In this document: one piece after another, positions 20,493 through 32,742 of the stretch
Numbering within the stretch: position 1 is the stretch's first letter
Layout: the number at the start of each line of letters is the position of its first letter
Assembly (NCBI GenBank): GCA_902535745.1
Contig: CACAUR010000003.1
Coordinates: 8,747 to 72,746 of the forward strand
Origin: an uncultured Pelagibacteraceae bacterium
Lineage (GTDB): Bacteria > Pseudomonadota > Alphaproteobacteria > Pelagibacterales > Pelagibacteraceae
Length of the DNA stretch: 64,000 nucleotides
Direction: 5' to 3'
Program-made: the position numbers and the translations under genes
The notes under the pieces: generated by a model
Database searches by the model: none
The model's input: the letters and a program-made list of their open reading frames with translations, nothing else
Told to the model about the DNA's origin: nothing

Positions 20493-22046
20493 GTGTTATA
20501 TTTTTCAAAACTGAAGATCACTTTGATAGTATTGTTCACTTTTTTTATGGTGATTGTTTCATCATCAAATTTTTTAGATTTAGATTTAGATAAACAAAAA
20601 AAAATTAAATTAGGCTTAGATCTTCAAGGTGGTTCTTATTTATTATTAGAACTTGATAATGAACCAGTAATTAAACAAAAACTACAATCAAAATTATTAG
20701 AGATTAAAGATTATTTTAAAAAAAATAAAATAAAAATTTTAAGCTTAAAACTTGATGACAAATTAATTAAGCTTAAAGTTTCCAAAGATGATGTTGAAAA
20801 GATTAGTGAAATATTTAGTGACAAAGAAAGTACGATCAATCCTTATTATTTTCAATATAAAGCTCACCAACTTGATGTGAAGATTAATGGTGATGTTTTT
20901 AATTTGGAGCTTAGTAAATATGGAATTATCCTGATCAAAAATGCATCATTAGATCAAGCAATAGAAATTGTTCGTAAAAGAGTTGATGAGGTTGGTACTA
21001 ATGAGCCAAATATTTTAAAAAGAGGTAATGATAGAATTTTACTTGAGCTCCCAGGTCTTGATAATCCAGACAGGATTAAATCTTTATTAGGTAAAACTGC
21101 AGATCTTGCATTTAGACTTGAGTCTAAGAGTTCAAACCAGTCTTTTGGAACCGAAAAAGTTAAATTAACAGAAACGGGAGAAGAATTATTATTAAGTAAA
21201 AGAGTTATTATAAGTGGAGATAATTTAGTTGATGCAAGTCCTCGAATGGATTCAATGAATAATCAAACAGTTGTAAGTTTCACACTTGATAGGGTTGGAT
21301 CTAAAAGATTTGCCCAAGCAACAAAAAGAAATATAGGTACACGTCTTGCTATAGTTCTTGATGGTCAAATAATAAGTGCTCCAGTAATAAGGGACGTAAT
21401 TGCGGGTGGATCAGGACAAATAAGTGGAGGTTTCACCTTTCAATCAGCAACAGACCTTGCTTTACTCTTAAGGTCTGGTGCTTTACCAGCTCCATTAAAT
21501 ATCATAGAAGAAAGAACAGTAGGACCTGATTTAGGCCAAGATTCTATTAATGCAGGAATACTTTCACTCATAATAGGATTTTTATTAGTTATCGGGTTTA
21601 TGACATTAAAATATAGAATTTTTGGTATGATTGCAAATTTTACACTAATTATTAATTTAATTTTACTAATTAGTATTTTAACATTATTAGAAGCAACTCT
21701 TACTCTTCCTGGTATAGCTGGAATAATTTTAACTGTTGGAATGGCAGTAGATGCAAATGTCTTAATTTTTGAAAGAATAAAAGAAGAAACAAGTAAAGAA
21801 AAAAACAATCTAATAGCTTTTGATAATGGATACTCAAAATCAAAAATTACAATTTTAGATGCAAACATAACAACAATAATAGCTGCAATAATTCTGTTTA
21901 TTTTCGGATCAGGTCCCGTTAAAGGATTCTCAATCACATTATGTGTTGGAATATTAACGACACTATTTTCAGTTTTTTTTATCGCGCGATTACTTACGTC
22001 TATTTATGTTAAAATTAACAAACACAAAGAAATTATTATAAAATGA
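20493..22046 (+). CDS. secD: protein translocase SecD
   Basis: LGLDLQGG, LRSGALPAP and GMAVDANVLIFERI motifs; GTG start. Confidence 0.96.
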   Translation: MLYFSKLKITLIVLFTFFMVIVSSSNFLDLDLDKQKKIKLGLDLQGGSYLLLELDNEPVIKQKLQSKLLEIKDYFKKNKIKILSLKLDDKLIKLKVSKDDVEKISEIFSDKESTINPYYFQYKAHQLDVKINGDVFNLELSKYGIILIKNASLDQAIEIVRKRVDEVGTNEPNILKRGNDRILLELPGLDNPDRIKSLLGKTADLAFRLESKSSNQSFGTEKVKLTETGEELLLSKRVIISGDNLVDASPRMDSMNNQTVVSFTLDRVGSKRFAQATKRNIGTRLAIVLDGQIISAPVIRDVIAGGSGQISGGFTFQSATDLALLLRSGALPAPLNIIEERTVGPDLGQDSINAGILSLIIGFLLVIGFMTLKYRIFGMIANFTLIINLILLISILTLLEATLTLPGIAGIILTVGMAVDANVLIFERIKEETSKEKNNLIAFDNGYSKSKITILDANITTIIAAIILFIFGSGPVKGFSITLCVGILTTLFSVFFIARLLTSIYVKINKHKEIIIK

Positions 22047-22939
22047 AAAAGGATTATAAATTTAATCAATATTATAAGTCATTAAATGTATTTTCTATTG
22101 CACTGATATTACTTTCATTAATCTTTTTAGTATTTAAAGGTTTAAATTATGGAGTTGATTTTAAAGGCGGAACCTTAATTGAAATACGTGTTGAGAGTGA
22201 AAAACCTGATATTGAAGTTTTAAGATCTAGTTTCAACAAATTGAATTTAGGTAAGATTTCAATTAAAAATTTTGGGAGCGATAATGATTTTGTTGTTAAA
22301 TTTAAAAGGGACGAACTTAATGATCCAGAGTTCATTGAAAATTTACAAAGAAATCTTTCTCAAGTATTGACTCAAGACTTTTCTTTCAGAAGAGTTGAAA
22401 ATGTAGGACCTAAAGTAAGTTCAGAATTACTAAAAGCAGGAGTAACTGCTATATGCTTATCGTTAATGGCAATGCTAATCTATATTTGGATACGTTTTGA
22501 GTGGCAATTTAGTGTTGGTGCAATAGCTGCCTTATTTCATGATGTTATAATTACTCTTGGAATTTTTTCAGCATTAGGTTTAGAAATAAATTTGTCAATT
22601 GTAGCAGCTGTTTTAACTATTGTTGGTTACTCAATGAATGACACTGTTGTAATTTATGACCGTGTGAGAGAAAATCTTAAAAAATATTCTGATATTAAGA
22701 TATTTGATCTTACCAACTTATCAATAAATGAGACTTTATCTCGTACAATAATTACATCCTCGACAACGTTATTAGCTTTAGTTTCTATATTTTTATTTGG
22801 TGGAGAAATATTGAAAGGTTTTTCATTAGCTATGATCCTGGGAGTTATTTTAGGTACTTATTCATCTATTTTTATTGCAAATCCACTTTTAGTTTCCTTT
22901 AAAGTTTCGCAAAAAACAGTTCTTAAGGAAGATAATTAA
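22043..22939 (+). CDS. secF: protein translocase SecF
   Basis: GVDFKGG, GYSMNDTVVIYDRVRE and GTYSSIFIA motifs. Confidence 0.96.
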   Translation: MKKDYKFNQYYKSLNVFSIALILLSLIFLVFKGLNYGVDFKGGTLIEIRVESEKPDIEVLRSSFNKLNLGKISIKNFGSDNDFVVKFKRDELNDPEFIENLQRNLSQVLTQDFSFRRVENVGPKVSSELLKAGVTAICLSLMAMLIYIWIRFEWQFSVGAIAALFHDVIITLGIFSALGLEINLSIVAAVLTIVGYSMNDTVVIYDRVRENLKKYSDIKIFDLTNLSINETLSRTIITSSTTLLALVSIFLFGGEILKGFSLAMILGVILGTYSSIFIANPLLVSFKVSQKTVLKEDN

Positions 22940-23538
22940 TATAAGTTTTGAGCTGCTACCATAGAGAGTAACATTGGTAGAGATAACAAAGTATTAGTTC
23001 GTGAAAAAACCATTGCTGTTTTTGCAGCTTTAGCTTTGCTTTCTGAATCCGTTTCGACCATTCCTAAAGCTTTTTTCTGATTTGGCCATATAACAAACCA
23101 AACATTAAAAGCCATAATTAAACCTAGCCACATTCCTATTCCAATCGCTGTACTTTTGCCTCCACCTGATCCTATTCCAAGTGTCATCGCATCATGCAAA
23201 TATCCGTTGAGATATGATAATATTAAACCTGATACTATGGTTGCAAAAGCTGCCCATCTAAACCAAAAAAGGGCAGATGGTGCAATTACTTTGCTAATTG
23301 CTGGTTTTTGTTCATCAGGTATTTTAGCCATGTTAGGAATTTGAACGAAATTGAAGTACCACAATAATCCAATCCACATTATACCAACAAGTACGTGGAT
23401 ATATCTAAATAACCAGCTCCAAAATAATAAATCAAAATCAAAACCACCATTAAGGAAAAATAAGCCTACGAACAATAATACTGATATAGCAAGAGAATAG
23501 TGAATAGTTCTCGATAGGGAGCTTAAAATACTTATCAT
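22936..23538 (-). CDS. PuuD/DUF989-like membrane protein (urate hydroxylase membrane-domain family)
   Basis: RYIHVLVGIMWIGLLWYFNF, WFRWAA, FNVWFVIWPNQKK and SRTNT motifs. No cytochrome c domain. Confidence 0.75.
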   Translation of the reverse strand: MISILSSLSRTIHYSLAISVLLFVGLFFLNGGFDFDLLFWSWLFRYIHVLVGIMWIGLLWYFNFVQIPNMAKIPDEQKPAISKVIAPSALFWFRWAAFATIVSGLILSYLNGYLHDAMTLGIGSGGGKSTAIGIGMWLGLIMAFNVWFVIWPNQKKALGMVETDSESKAKAAKTAMVFSRTNTLLSLPMLLSMVAAQNLY

Positions 23539-23565
23539 AATATTAATTTAACAAATTTTGTTTGA

Positions 23566-26442
23566 TTATGCAATTTTTTTAAATTTCCCGTTTAGTAAAG
23601 GCTTAAGAAACTTACCCGTGTAACTCTTTTCTGTATTGCATATATCTTCAGGTTTTCCTTCTGCGATTACTTGTCCACCTTTTACACCGCCATCTGGACC
23701 CATATCGACAACATAATCAGCGGTTTTAATAACATCTAAATTGTGCTCAATGACAACAACTGTATTTCCTGTTGCAACGAAGGTGTGTAATATTTCTAAT
23801 AATTTTTTAATATCATGTTGATGTAAACCAGTTGTTGGTTCATCCAAAATATAGATTGTTCTACCTGTAGATCTTTTTGATAATTCTTTTGCTAATTTAA
23901 TTCTTTGAGCCTCGCCACCGGAAAGAGTTGTAGCTTGTTGACCAATCTTTATATAGCCTAATCCAACTTTTTTTAATGTTAATAATTTTGATCTTATAGT
24001 GGCTATATTTTCAAAGAAATCACATCCTTCTTCAACGGTCATATCTAGAACTTCAGCGATACTTTTTCCTTTAAATTTTATTTCAAGCGTTTCTCTGTTG
24101 TATCTGCTTCCTTTACATTCATCACATGTCACATAAACATCAGGAAGGAAATGCATTTCATAAGTTATTACACCATCACCTTCACATGCTTCACATCTTC
24201 CACCTTTAACATTGAAAGAAAATCTTCCAGGTTTATAACCTCTACTTTTCGACTCTGGTAAATTAGTAAACCAGTCTCTAATTGGTCCAAAAGCACCTGT
24301 GTAAGTTGCCGGATTTGATCTTGGAGTTCTTCCAATAGGAGATTGATCAATATCAATTACTTTATCAATCAATTCGATACCTTTAAAACCTTTAAATGGC
24401 ATTGGTATCTTTCTTGATTTATTATTGTTCAAAGATAAATTAAGAGCGTTATAAAGTGTCTGTAGCACTAAAGTAGATTTTCCACTTCCGGAAACTCCAG
24501 TAACACATGTAAAAGTTCCAAATGGAATTTTTAAATCAACATTCTTCAAATTATTGCCAGATGCTCCGTTAATTTGTAAAAATCTTCCGTTTTTTGCTAA
24601 CCTTCTTTTTTTTGGAATTGGTATAAAATATTTAGAAGATAAATATTTTCCTGTAATGCTGTTATCATTTTTAATAATATCTTTAAGATTACCTTCTGCA
24701 ACAACTTCACCACCTTTACTTCCTGCTTGAGGTCCAAGATCTAAGATGTGGTCTGCATTTTCAATTGTTTCGGTATCGTGTTCTACCACAATTACAGTAT
24801 TTCCTAAATCTCTTAATCTTTTTAAAGCATTTATTAATTTTACATTGTCCTTTTGATGCAAACCAATAGATGGTTCATCTAATACATATAAAACTCCTGT
24901 TAGACCTGAACCAATTTGAGAAGCAAGTCTAATTCTCTGTGCTTCACCACCAGATAAAGTTCCCGACTCCCTTGATAATGTTAAATAATCAAGACCAACA
25001 TTAAGAAGAAAATTTAACCTTTCATTAATTTCTTTAAGAATATGTTCTGATATTTTAAGTTTTCTTTGATCAAGTTTTTTTGATAAATTATTAAACCATT
25101 CTTTAGCATCACTTATAGATTTTTCTGTTACTTCACTTATGTGCTTTCCGTCTATTTTTACACAAAGCGCTTCATCTTTTAGTCGGTGGCCTTTGCAAAT
25201 ATCGCATTTTGTATCAGATTGATATTGAGAAATCTCTTCTCTTTTCCAATCACTGTCAGTCTCTAAATATCGTCTTTCCAGGTTATTTACTACTCCCTCA
25301 AAGGTTTTTTTATGGGAATATTTTTCATATCCATCATCATATGAAAATTTTATCTCTTCATCATCAGATCCATATAAAATTATATCTATTATTTTTTTTG
25401 GTAGTTTTGACCATTTTTCATCCATAGAAAATTTGTAATGTTTTGCCAGAGAAGTTAATGTTTGAGCGTAATAAAGTGTGGTTGTTTTTGCCCATGGTTG
25501 AATAGCGCCCTGTGCAATACTTTTTTTATCATCAGGTACAACTAGATTTGGATCAACGTTGAGTTTTATACCTATACCCTCACACTCCTCACAAGCACCG
25601 TAAGGACTATTGAAAGAAAATAATCTTGGTTCAATTTCTTCAATTGTAAAACCACTTTCAGGACATGCAAATTTTGAAGAAAATGTTAATTTTTCTGTCT
25701 TTCTAAATTTAGCAGGCAACGTTTCATTTTGATATTCAACAAATAAAAGGCCATTCGCTAAATTTAATGATGTTTCTATACCTTCAGCAAGTCTATTTCC
25801 CAAATCAGAATTTATTACAATTCTATCAACCAAAATATAAATATCATGCTTAAGTTTTTTATTTAAGTCTGGAGTTTTATCAATGTCATAAAGTGTGCCG
25901 TCAACTTTTACTTTTCTGAAACCTCTTTTTTTGTATGATAAAATTTCTTTTTTATATTCTCCTTTTCTACCCCTAACTATTGGAGCGAATAAGAAAATAG
26001 TTGATTTTTTTGGTAACTCTAAAATTTTATCGACAATTTGAGAAACAGTTTGAGATTTTATTTCTTTACCTGTAAAAGGTGAGTAGGGTGTTCCAATTCT
26101 TGCGTAAAGAACTCTCATATAGTCATAAATTTCTGTAACTGTTGCTACAGTAGATCTTGGATTTTTTGATGTATTTTTTTGTTCAATTGAAATGGCTGGA
26201 CTTAATCCTTCAATAAAATCTACTTTAGGTTTTTTCATCTTATCTAAAAACTGTCTTGCATAAGCTGAGAGACTTTCAACGTATCTTCTTTGTCCTTCAG
26301 CATAGATGGTATCGAATGCTAATGAAGATTTTCCGGAGCCTGACAAACCTGTTATGACCACAAATTTATCTTTAGGAATCTCAACAGAGATATTCCTCAA
26401 ATTGTGTTCTTTTGCGCCCTTAATAACTATCTTTTTGTTCAT
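23566..26442 (-). CDS. uvrA: excinuclease ABC subunit A
   Basis: Two ABC domains ([26 protein letters not shown] twice) and zinc fingers. Confidence 0.98.
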   Translation of the reverse strand: MNKKIVIKGAKEHNLRNISVEIPKDKFVVITGLSGSGKSSLAFDTIYAEGQRRYVESLSAYARQFLDKMKKPKVDFIEGLSPAISIEQKNTSKNPRSTVATVTEIYDYMRVLYARIGTPYSPFTGKEIKSQTVSQIVDKILELPKKSTIFLFAPIVRGRKGEYKKEILSYKKRGFRKVKVDGTLYDIDKTPDLNKKLKHDIYILVDRIVINSDLGNRLAEGIETSLNLANGLLFVEYQNETLPAKFRKTEKLTFSSKFACPESGFTIEEIEPRLFSFNSPYGACEECEGIGIKLNVDPNLVVPDDKKSIAQGAIQPWAKTTTLYYAQTLTSLAKHYKFSMDEKWSKLPKKIIDIILYGSDDEEIKFSYDDGYEKYSHKKTFEGVVNNLERRYLETDSDWKREEISQYQSDTKCDICKGHRLKDEALCVKIDGKHISEVTEKSISDAKEWFNNLSKKLDQRKLKISEHILKEINERLNFLLNVGLDYLTLSRESGTLSGGEAQRIRLASQIGSGLTGVLYVLDEPSIGLHQKDNVKLINALKRLRDLGNTVIVVEHDTETIENADHILDLGPQAGSKGGEVVAEGNLKDIIKNDNSITGKYLSSKYFIPIPKKRRLAKNGRFLQINGASGNNLKNVDLKIPFGTFTCVTGVSGSGKSTLVLQTLYNALNLSLNNNKSRKIPMPFKGFKGIELIDKVIDIDQSPIGRTPRSNPATYTGAFGPIRDWFTNLPESKSRGYKPGRFSFNVKGGRCEACEGDGVITYEMHFLPDVYVTCDECKGSRYNRETLEIKFKGKSIAEVLDMTVEEGCDFFENIATIRSKLLTLKKVGLGYIKIGQQATTLSGGEAQRIKLAKELSKRSTGRTIYILDEPTTGLHQHDIKKLLEILHTFVATGNTVVVIEHNLDVIKTADYVVDMGPDGGVKGGQVIAEGKPEDICNTEKSYTGKFLKPLLNGKFKKIA

Positions 26443-26513
26443 TTTTTTATTTGCTTTAGCTCAATAAAGTTAATAATCAAATCTTTTTTGTGATACAATT
26501 AATATAAAATAAT

Positions 26514-26960
26514 ATGGCTGGAAGTTTAAATAAAGTACTTTTAATTGGCAGATTAGGTGCAGATCCTGAGATAAAACAGATGGTTAATGGAAAAAATGTC
26601 GCTAGACTTAGTCTTGCCACTAGTCAATCTTGGAAAGATAAAAACACTGGTGAAAAAAAGGAAAAAACCGAGTGGCACCGTGTGGTTGTATTTAATGAAG
26701 GGCTTGTTAATGTTGTTCAACAGTATCTTAAAAAAGGTGCTCAGATTTATGTTGAAGGCCAATTGACTACTAGAAAATGGAAAGATGAACAGTCTGGCCA
26801 AGATAAATATTCCACAGAAATACTAATACAAGGATATAATTCATCTCTAACAATGCTTGGGGGAAATAATTCTTCTACGTCAATTGCAAATGCACCTCAA
26901 AATAAGAATGAGATGTCTCAAGCACCTGACAGTGATTTAGATGACGATATTCCTTTTTAA
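26514..26960 (+). CDS. ssb: single-stranded DNA-binding protein
   Basis: [23 protein letters not shown] and C-terminal DDDIPF. Confidence 0.98.
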   Translation: MAGSLNKVLLIGRLGADPEIKQMVNGKNVARLSLATSQSWKDKNTGEKKEKTEWHRVVVFNEGLVNVVQQYLKKGAQIYVEGQLTTRKWKDEQSGQDKYSTEILIQGYNSSLTMLGGNNSSTSIANAPQNKNEMSQAPDSDLDDDIPF

Positions 26961-26969
26961 TTAATCTTT

Positions 26970-29525
26970 ATGGATAAGTCACAAACAGAGATAAAGAATA
27001 ACATAAAACCTATCGAAATGTATGATGAGATGAGTTCATCTTATCTTTCTTACGCAATGAGCGTAATTGTAAGTCGAGCATTACCGGACATTAGAGATGG
27101 TTTGAAACCAGTTCATCGACGAATTATTTATGCAATGCATAAAGGGGGTTTTGATTGGAGTAAACAATACAGAAAATCTGCAAGAATAGTTGGTGATGTA
27201 ATTGGTAAGTATCATCCTCATGGTGATCAGGCTGTTTATGATGCATTAGTTAGAATGGTTCAAGATTTTTCGATGAGCTTACCTTTGATTGATGGTCAAG
27301 GAAATTTTGGATCTGTTGATGGTGATCCTCCTGCTGCTATGAGATACACAGAAACTAGATTAGCGAAAATTTCCCAAAATTTAATAGACGACATAGATAA
27401 AGAAACTGTAGAATTTAAAAGCAATTATGATGAAACTGAAAAAGAACCAGAGGTTTTGCCTGCTCAATATCCAAATTTATTAGTAAATGGCGCCGGAGGT
27501 ATTGCCGTTGGTATGGCAACTAGTATTCCGCCACATAATCTTTCAGAAGTGATAAATGCCACTTTAGCCCTAATAGAAAATAAAGATATTAAGATAAATG
27601 AATTGATGAAACACATACCCGGTCCTGATTTTCCCACTGGTGGAACAATAATTGGTAAAGATATTATTAAAACTGGATATAAAACCGGAAGAGGATCTTT
27701 TAAAGTAAGGGGAAATGTTTCAATAGAGCAGCTTAAAAATGGCAAAGAAAGAATAGTTATCAACTCAATACCATACCAAATCAACAAGTCTGTTTTAAAC
27801 GAAAAAATTGTCGAGTTAATAAGAAACAAAAAAATAGACGGAATTAGCGATATAAGAGACGAGTCAAATAGAGAAGGTATAAGAGTAGCAATTGACTTAA
27901 AAAGAAATATAGAACCCGAGACAGTTAAAAGACAACTTTATAAATATACTTCTCTAGAGTCTTCATTTAGTTTTAATACTTTAGCGATAGTAGATAGAAA
28001 ACCAAAAAGCTGCAATCTCAAAGATTTTCTAGAGTCTTTTCTTAAATTTAGAGAAGAAGTTGTTGTAAAAAAGACAAAGTTTAATTTAAAAAAAGCTGAA
28101 GATAGAGCCCACATATTGATTGGTTTATCAGTTTCAGTTGAAAATATAGATAAAGTAATCAAGATCATTCGATCTTCAAAAAATCCAGAACAAGCAAAAA
28201 ATTCTTTATTAAATACTTCTTGGAAAATTAAATCGTCCCAAAAATTAATAAAACTAGTTGATAATAAAAAAAATAAAAATACTTATTCTTTATCTTTAAA
28301 ACAAGTTGAAGCAATTTTAGAATTAAGACTTCAAAAACTTACTGCCTTAGGTATTAATGAAATAGAAGTTGAGTTAAAGAAATTAGCAAATCTAATAATT
28401 TCATTAAAAAAAATAATAAACTCTAGAAAGGAACTTTTAAAAGTTATTAGTGATGAATTAAATGAAATAAAAGAAAAATATTCAGTTGAACGAAGAACAA
28501 AAATAATAGATGCAGTACTTAACTATGACATTGAAGAAACTATACAAAAACAATCTGTATTAATAACAGTTACTTTACAGGGATATATTAAAAGGGGTGC
28601 ACTTGATATTGTTAAAAAACAAAAAAGAGGTGGCAAAGGAAAATCTGGAATTAAAACTAGAGATGAAGACTCTGTAGTTCAAACTTTATCTGTGAACACT
28701 CATACATCTGTTCTTTTTTTCTCAACACAAGGTATGGTTTATAAACTTAAGGCATGGAAAATACCTGAAGGATCGGCGAGTTCAAGAGGTAAATCTTTAT
28801 ATAATATTCTTCCATTAAAAAATCACCAATCAATCAGTTCGATAATGCCACTACCAGAAGATAAATCTGAATTTAAATATTTAAATATTATTTTTGCAAC
28901 AGCCAAAGGAAAAATAAGAAAAAATAGTTTAGAAGATTTTTTAAATATTAATACAGCTGGTAAAATTGCAATGAAACTAGATAATGATGACAAAATAATA
29001 GGTGTTAAAATTTGTAAAGAAAATCAAGATATAATGCTGAGCTCATTAAACGGAAAATGTATTAGATTTGAATCAAAAAAATTAAGATTATTTAAAGGAA
29101 GATCCTCTAAAGGTATTAAAGGAATAAATCTGGGTGAAAAAGATAAGATTGTTTCTTTATCAATAGTAGAAAAAATTGACAAAAAATCTGATAAAAATGG
29201 CAAAGTTGAGGGCAAATATATACTTTCAATAACTGAGAATGGATTTGGTAAAAGAACAAATGATAAGGAATTTCGTACTACAAATAGAGGCGGTAAAGGC
29301 ATTATCGGTATAGTAAACTCATCGAGAAATGGAAATGTTGCATCTTCTTTTCCAGTTTTTGATGGTGATGAAATATTGATATCTACTAATAAAGGGAGAG
29401 TTATAAGGGTGGCAGTTAAGGAAATTAGAACCGCAGGAAGAAATACGCAAGGTGTAAGAATAATAAAGTTATCCGGCGATGAAAAAGTTGTTTCAGCAAT
29501 CAAAATTGATGATAACTTAATATAA
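26970..29525 (+). CDS. gyrA: DNA gyrase subunit A
   Basis: [29 protein letters not shown] and the GyrA-box QKRGGKG. Confidence 0.97.
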   Translation: MDKSQTEIKNNIKPIEMYDEMSSSYLSYAMSVIVSRALPDIRDGLKPVHRRIIYAMHKGGFDWSKQYRKSARIVGDVIGKYHPHGDQAVYDALVRMVQDFSMSLPLIDGQGNFGSVDGDPPAAMRYTETRLAKISQNLIDDIDKETVEFKSNYDETEKEPEVLPAQYPNLLVNGAGGIAVGMATSIPPHNLSEVINATLALIENKDIKINELMKHIPGPDFPTGGTIIGKDIIKTGYKTGRGSFKVRGNVSIEQLKNGKERIVINSIPYQINKSVLNEKIVELIRNKKIDGISDIRDESNREGIRVAIDLKRNIEPETVKRQLYKYTSLESSFSFNTLAIVDRKPKSCNLKDFLESFLKFREEVVVKKTKFNLKKAEDRAHILIGLSVSVENIDKVIKIIRSSKNPEQAKNSLLNTSWKIKSSQKLIKLVDNKKNKNTYSLSLKQVEAILELRLQKLTALGINEIEVELKKLANLIISLKKIINSRKELLKVISDELNEIKEKYSVERRTKIIDAVLNYDIEETIQKQSVLITVTLQGYIKRGALDIVKKQKRGGKGKSGIKTRDEDSVVQTLSVNTHTSVLFFSTQGMVYKLKAWKIPEGSASSRGKSLYNILPLKNHQSISSIMPLPEDKSEFKYLNIIFATAKGKIRKNSLEDFLNINTAGKIAMKLDNDDKIIGVKICKENQDIMLSSLNGKCIRFESKKLRLFKGRSSKGIKGINLGEKDKIVSLSIVEKIDKKSDKNGKVEGKYILSITENGFGKRTNDKEFRTTNRGGKGIIGIVNSSRNGNVASSFPVFDGDEILISTNKGRVIRVAVKEIRTAGRNTQGVRIIKLSGDEKVVSAIKIDDNLI

Positions 29526-30019
29526 TGAAAAAAGCGATTTATCCTGGAACATTTGATCCAATTACATTTGGACACATTGATCTTATTAAAAAATCTTTAA
29601 ATATTTTTGATCAAGTTATTGTTGCTGTTTCGGATGGAAATACAAAAAATTATCTTTTTGATTCTAATGAAAGGGAACACCTTATAAAAAAGGCTCTATT
29701 CAGCGACTTAAAATTTAGTAAAAAAAAGATAATCGTAACTTCGTTCAAAACTTTAACAACCGATTTTTGCAAAAAGATGAAATCAAATGTTATTATACGA
29801 GGTTTACGAGCAACTTCTGATTTTGAATATGAATTTCAATTGGCAGGAATGAATAAAAAGTTAAATAGTTTAGTTGAAACCGTCTTTTTAATGTCAGACC
29901 CAGAAAATCAAATTATTTCATCTAAATTTGTAAAAGAAATAATTGAATTAAATGGTGATATACGAAAATTTACCACTAAAACGGTAATAAAATCTTTAAA
30001 AAATAAATTTTATGAATAA
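29525..30019 (+). CDS. coaD: phosphopantetheine adenylyltransferase
   Basis: YPGTFDPITFGH, RGLR.SDFEYE and ISSKFVKEI motifs. Confidence 0.96.
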   Translation: MKKAIYPGTFDPITFGHIDLIKKSLNIFDQVIVAVSDGNTKNYLFDSNEREHLIKKALFSDLKFSKKKIIVTSFKTLTTDFCKKMKSNVIIRGLRATSDFEYEFQLAGMNKKLNSLVETVFLMSDPENQIISSKFVKEIIELNGDIRKFTTKTVIKSLKNKFYE

Positions 30020-30563
30020 AATATTTTTTTTAATATTATTTTTAATATTTAATTTTAACTTAAATGCAGAGGAAAATATGATGATACTTAAATTGAAAGA
30101 TGGAGATGTAAAAATAGAACTATTCGAAGACAAAGCACCAAATCATGTTAAAAGAATAAAAGAATTAGCCGACAAAGGTCTTTACGACAATGTTGTATTT
30201 CATAGAGTAATAGATGGCTTTATGGCTCAGGTAGGTGATGTTCAATTTGGCAATTCATCCTCTGATAATTTTGATTTAAATAGAGCAGGCACAGGAGGCT
30301 CTGATTTACCAAATCTAAAAGCTGAATTTAATGATATTCCCCATGTAAAAGGTGTTTTATCTATGGCAAGATCTTCTGATCCAAACAGTGCAAATAGTCA
30401 ATTCTTTATATGTTTTGAAGATGCCCCGCATCTCGATAGACAATACACTGTATTTGGTAGAGTTGTTGAAGGCATGGAATTTGTAGACAAAATTAAAAGA
30501 GGTGATGGACCTAATGGCTCAGTCTCAAACCCTGATAAGATAATTAGTTTTAAATCTTTATAA
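30012..30563 (+). CDS. cyclophilin-type peptidyl-prolyl isomerase (exported)
   Basis: FHRVIDGFMAQ and SMAR..DPNSANSQFFI motifs; signal peptide. Confidence 0.93.
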   Translation: MNKIFFLILFLIFNFNLNAEENMMILKLKDGDVKIELFEDKAPNHVKRIKELADKGLYDNVVFHRVIDGFMAQVGDVQFGNSSSDNFDLNRAGTGGSDLPNLKAEFNDIPHVKGVLSMARSSDPNSANSQFFICFEDAPHLDRQYTVFGRVVEGMEFVDKIKRGDGPNGSVSNPDKIISFKSL

Positions 30564-30564
30564 A

Positions 30565-31677
30565 TTGAGTTTAAAAAATTTTTCTTTTAAAGTAAAAAAC
30601 AAAGATAAATTTTCCCGAACAGGAACAATTTTTACATCTAGAGGAAATATTGATACCCCTGTTTTTATGCCTGTTGGAACCCAAGCAACAGTAAAAGCAA
30701 CTTTTATTGATGATTTAATTGAAGCCGGAAGTCAAATAATCTTATCTAATACATATCATTTAATGATAAGACCTGGCGAAGAAAGAGTGGCACTTCAAGG
30801 GGGATTACATGAATTTATGAATTGTCCGTTACCTATCTTAACTGACTCAGGTGGTTATCAAGTGATGTCTCTTTCAAAACTAAATAAAGTTGATAGAGAA
30901 AAGGGAGCTATCTTCAATTCTCATGTTGATGGAAAAAAATACACTCTTAGTCCAGAAGAAAGCATTAGAATTCAAAAAAAACTTAATTCAGATATTGTTA
31001 TGGTTATGGACGAATGTCCAAAAAAAACTACAAATAGAAAAACCATTAAAGATTCTTTGGAATTATCAACTGAATGGGCGTTAAGGTCAAAAGTATCCTT
31101 TGGAAAAAATCCTCACAAAGGTCTATTTGGAATAGTTCAAGGTGGTTTATTCGATGATTTAAGAAAGAAATCCCTTGAAGATCTAATTGATATTGGGTTT
31201 GATGGATATGCTTTGGGCGGATTAGCTGTTGGAGATACACAGAGTGAAATGTTTAAAATATTAGACGGTATTAAAGAATTCTTACCTGAAGACAAACCTA
31301 GATATCTAATGGGTGTTGGAACCCCTTCTGATATTCTTGGTGCAGTAAAAAGGGGGATAGATATGTTTGATTGCGTATTGCCATCTAGATCTGGGAGAAC
31401 TGGTTTAGCTTACACATGGAGTGGACCTATAAATATTAAGAATGCCAAGTACCAAAATGACACAAAACCAATTGATGAAAAATGTAAAAAGTTCAATTTG
31501 AACAAATATTCAAAAAATTACTTAAATCATTTATTCAATACCAACGAAATACTTGCGTCTATGCTTCTTACCCTCCATAATATAAACTTTTATCATGAGC
31601 TCATGGATAAAATCAGAATTAACATAAATAGAGGAACTTTTGACCATTTTCTTAATAAATACATTGGTAAGTTGTAA
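30565..31677 (+). CDS. tgt: tRNA-guanine transglycosylase
   Basis: TPVFMPVGT, NTYHL, TDSGGYQV, GIVQGG and DMFDCV motifs; TTG start. Confidence 0.96.
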   Translation: MSLKNFSFKVKNKDKFSRTGTIFTSRGNIDTPVFMPVGTQATVKATFIDDLIEAGSQIILSNTYHLMIRPGEERVALQGGLHEFMNCPLPILTDSGGYQVMSLSKLNKVDREKGAIFNSHVDGKKYTLSPEESIRIQKKLNSDIVMVMDECPKKTTNRKTIKDSLELSTEWALRSKVSFGKNPHKGLFGIVQGGLFDDLRKKSLEDLIDIGFDGYALGGLAVGDTQSEMFKILDGIKEFLPEDKPRYLMGVGTPSDILGAVKRGIDMFDCVLPSRSGRTGLAYTWSGPINIKNAKYQNDTKPIDEKCKKFNLNKYSKNYLNHLFNTNEILASMLLTLHNINFYHELMDKIRININRGTFDHFLNKYIGKL

Positions 31678-31726
31678 TTATAACATATTGATTATTTGAA
31701 AAAAAAAACTATAAGAATTTTATTTT

Positions 31727-31802
<76 letters not shown>

Positions 31803-32627
31803 TTAAGTTTTTATTGGTGGATAATCTAAAATAATTTCATTCATCCAACCGTCAAGATTTTCTATTCTTTTTTGAGAAGATGGGTGAGTATTCATAAACG
31901 CTGGAGGTTCTTTACCTTTATTTTTTTCCTTCATTCGTTCCCAAAATTTTGTTGTTTCTCTAATATCATAACCAGATAAAGATGAAAAAATAAGACCAAG
32001 ATAATCAGCCTCAGTTTCCTGTTTTCTTGTAAATGGGTTCATAACGCCGATTTGTTGTAATAAACCAACAGTATCCATACCAGTTGCTCTATTTACTTGT
32101 GAAAGTTTTCCTCCTGAAAATATATCAATGAGTTGAGTACCTGTTTGAAGTAATGCACTACGACTAGCTCTTTCAACTGAATGTTTTGCTACCGCATGAG
32201 CAATTTCATGACCCATAACAGCAGCTAATGCATTTGTATTTTTAGTTACCTCTAGCATTCCGGTATAAACAGCAATTTTGCCTCCAGGCATACACCACGC
32301 ATTTGTAACTTTTTTATTATCAATTAATATATACTCCCATTGAAAATTAACAGTTGGATCTTGAATATTATTTAAATAAAAATATTCACTAATCGCATAT
32401 TCCATCTTTTTTCCAATTTCTTTAATTTCTTTCAAATTACGTCCATCGGTAATTAACTTCTCCTTCTTTTTTACTTTTTCGTAAATTTGTGCTGCTTGTG
32501 CATTTAGTTTTGCCTCTGGTATTAAGTTAAGCTGTTTTCTATCTGTAATTGGCACTGATGCACAAGAATTAATAATATAACTGCAACCACAACAACCGAC
32601 TATATTTAAGAATTTTCTTCTATTCAT
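31803..32627 (-). CDS. M48 family metallopeptidase, probable Tat-exported lipoprotein
   Basis: MNRRKFL Tat-like signal, NAWCMPGG, HEIAH, ETEAD and THPS motifs. Confidence 0.9.
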   Translation of the reverse strand: MNRRKFLNIVGCCGCSYIINSCASVPITDRKQLNLIPEAKLNAQAAQIYEKVKKKEKLITDGRNLKEIKEIGKKMEYAISEYFYLNNIQDPTVNFQWEYILIDNKKVTNAWCMPGGKIAVYTGMLEVTKNTNALAAVMGHEIAHAVAKHSVERASRSALLQTGTQLIDIFSGGKLSQVNRATGMDTVGLLQQIGVMNPFTRKQETEADYLGLIFSSLSGYDIRETTKFWERMKEKNKGKEPPAFMNTHPSSQKRIENLDGWMNEIILDYPPIKT

Positions 32628-32742
32628 TTAAATTAAATTAAGTATTATGTTTTAATAGTTTTTTTATGAATTTAAACAATAAAATATTAGTTTTTTTATT
32701 CATAATTGCTTTATGTTTTGTAATATATTCATCTTATAATTA

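Noticed and set aside
21440-21937. Long antisense ORFs (also 7820-8233, 27464-27829, 29024-29575, 43135-43476, 45883-46182)
   Set aside because: They lie opposite well-supported core genes and have no motifs; this is a codon-bias artefact.
26443-26513. Possible LexA box in the uvrA/ssb spacer
   Set aside because: No GTTC-N7-GTTC (alphaproteobacterial SOS box) is visible.
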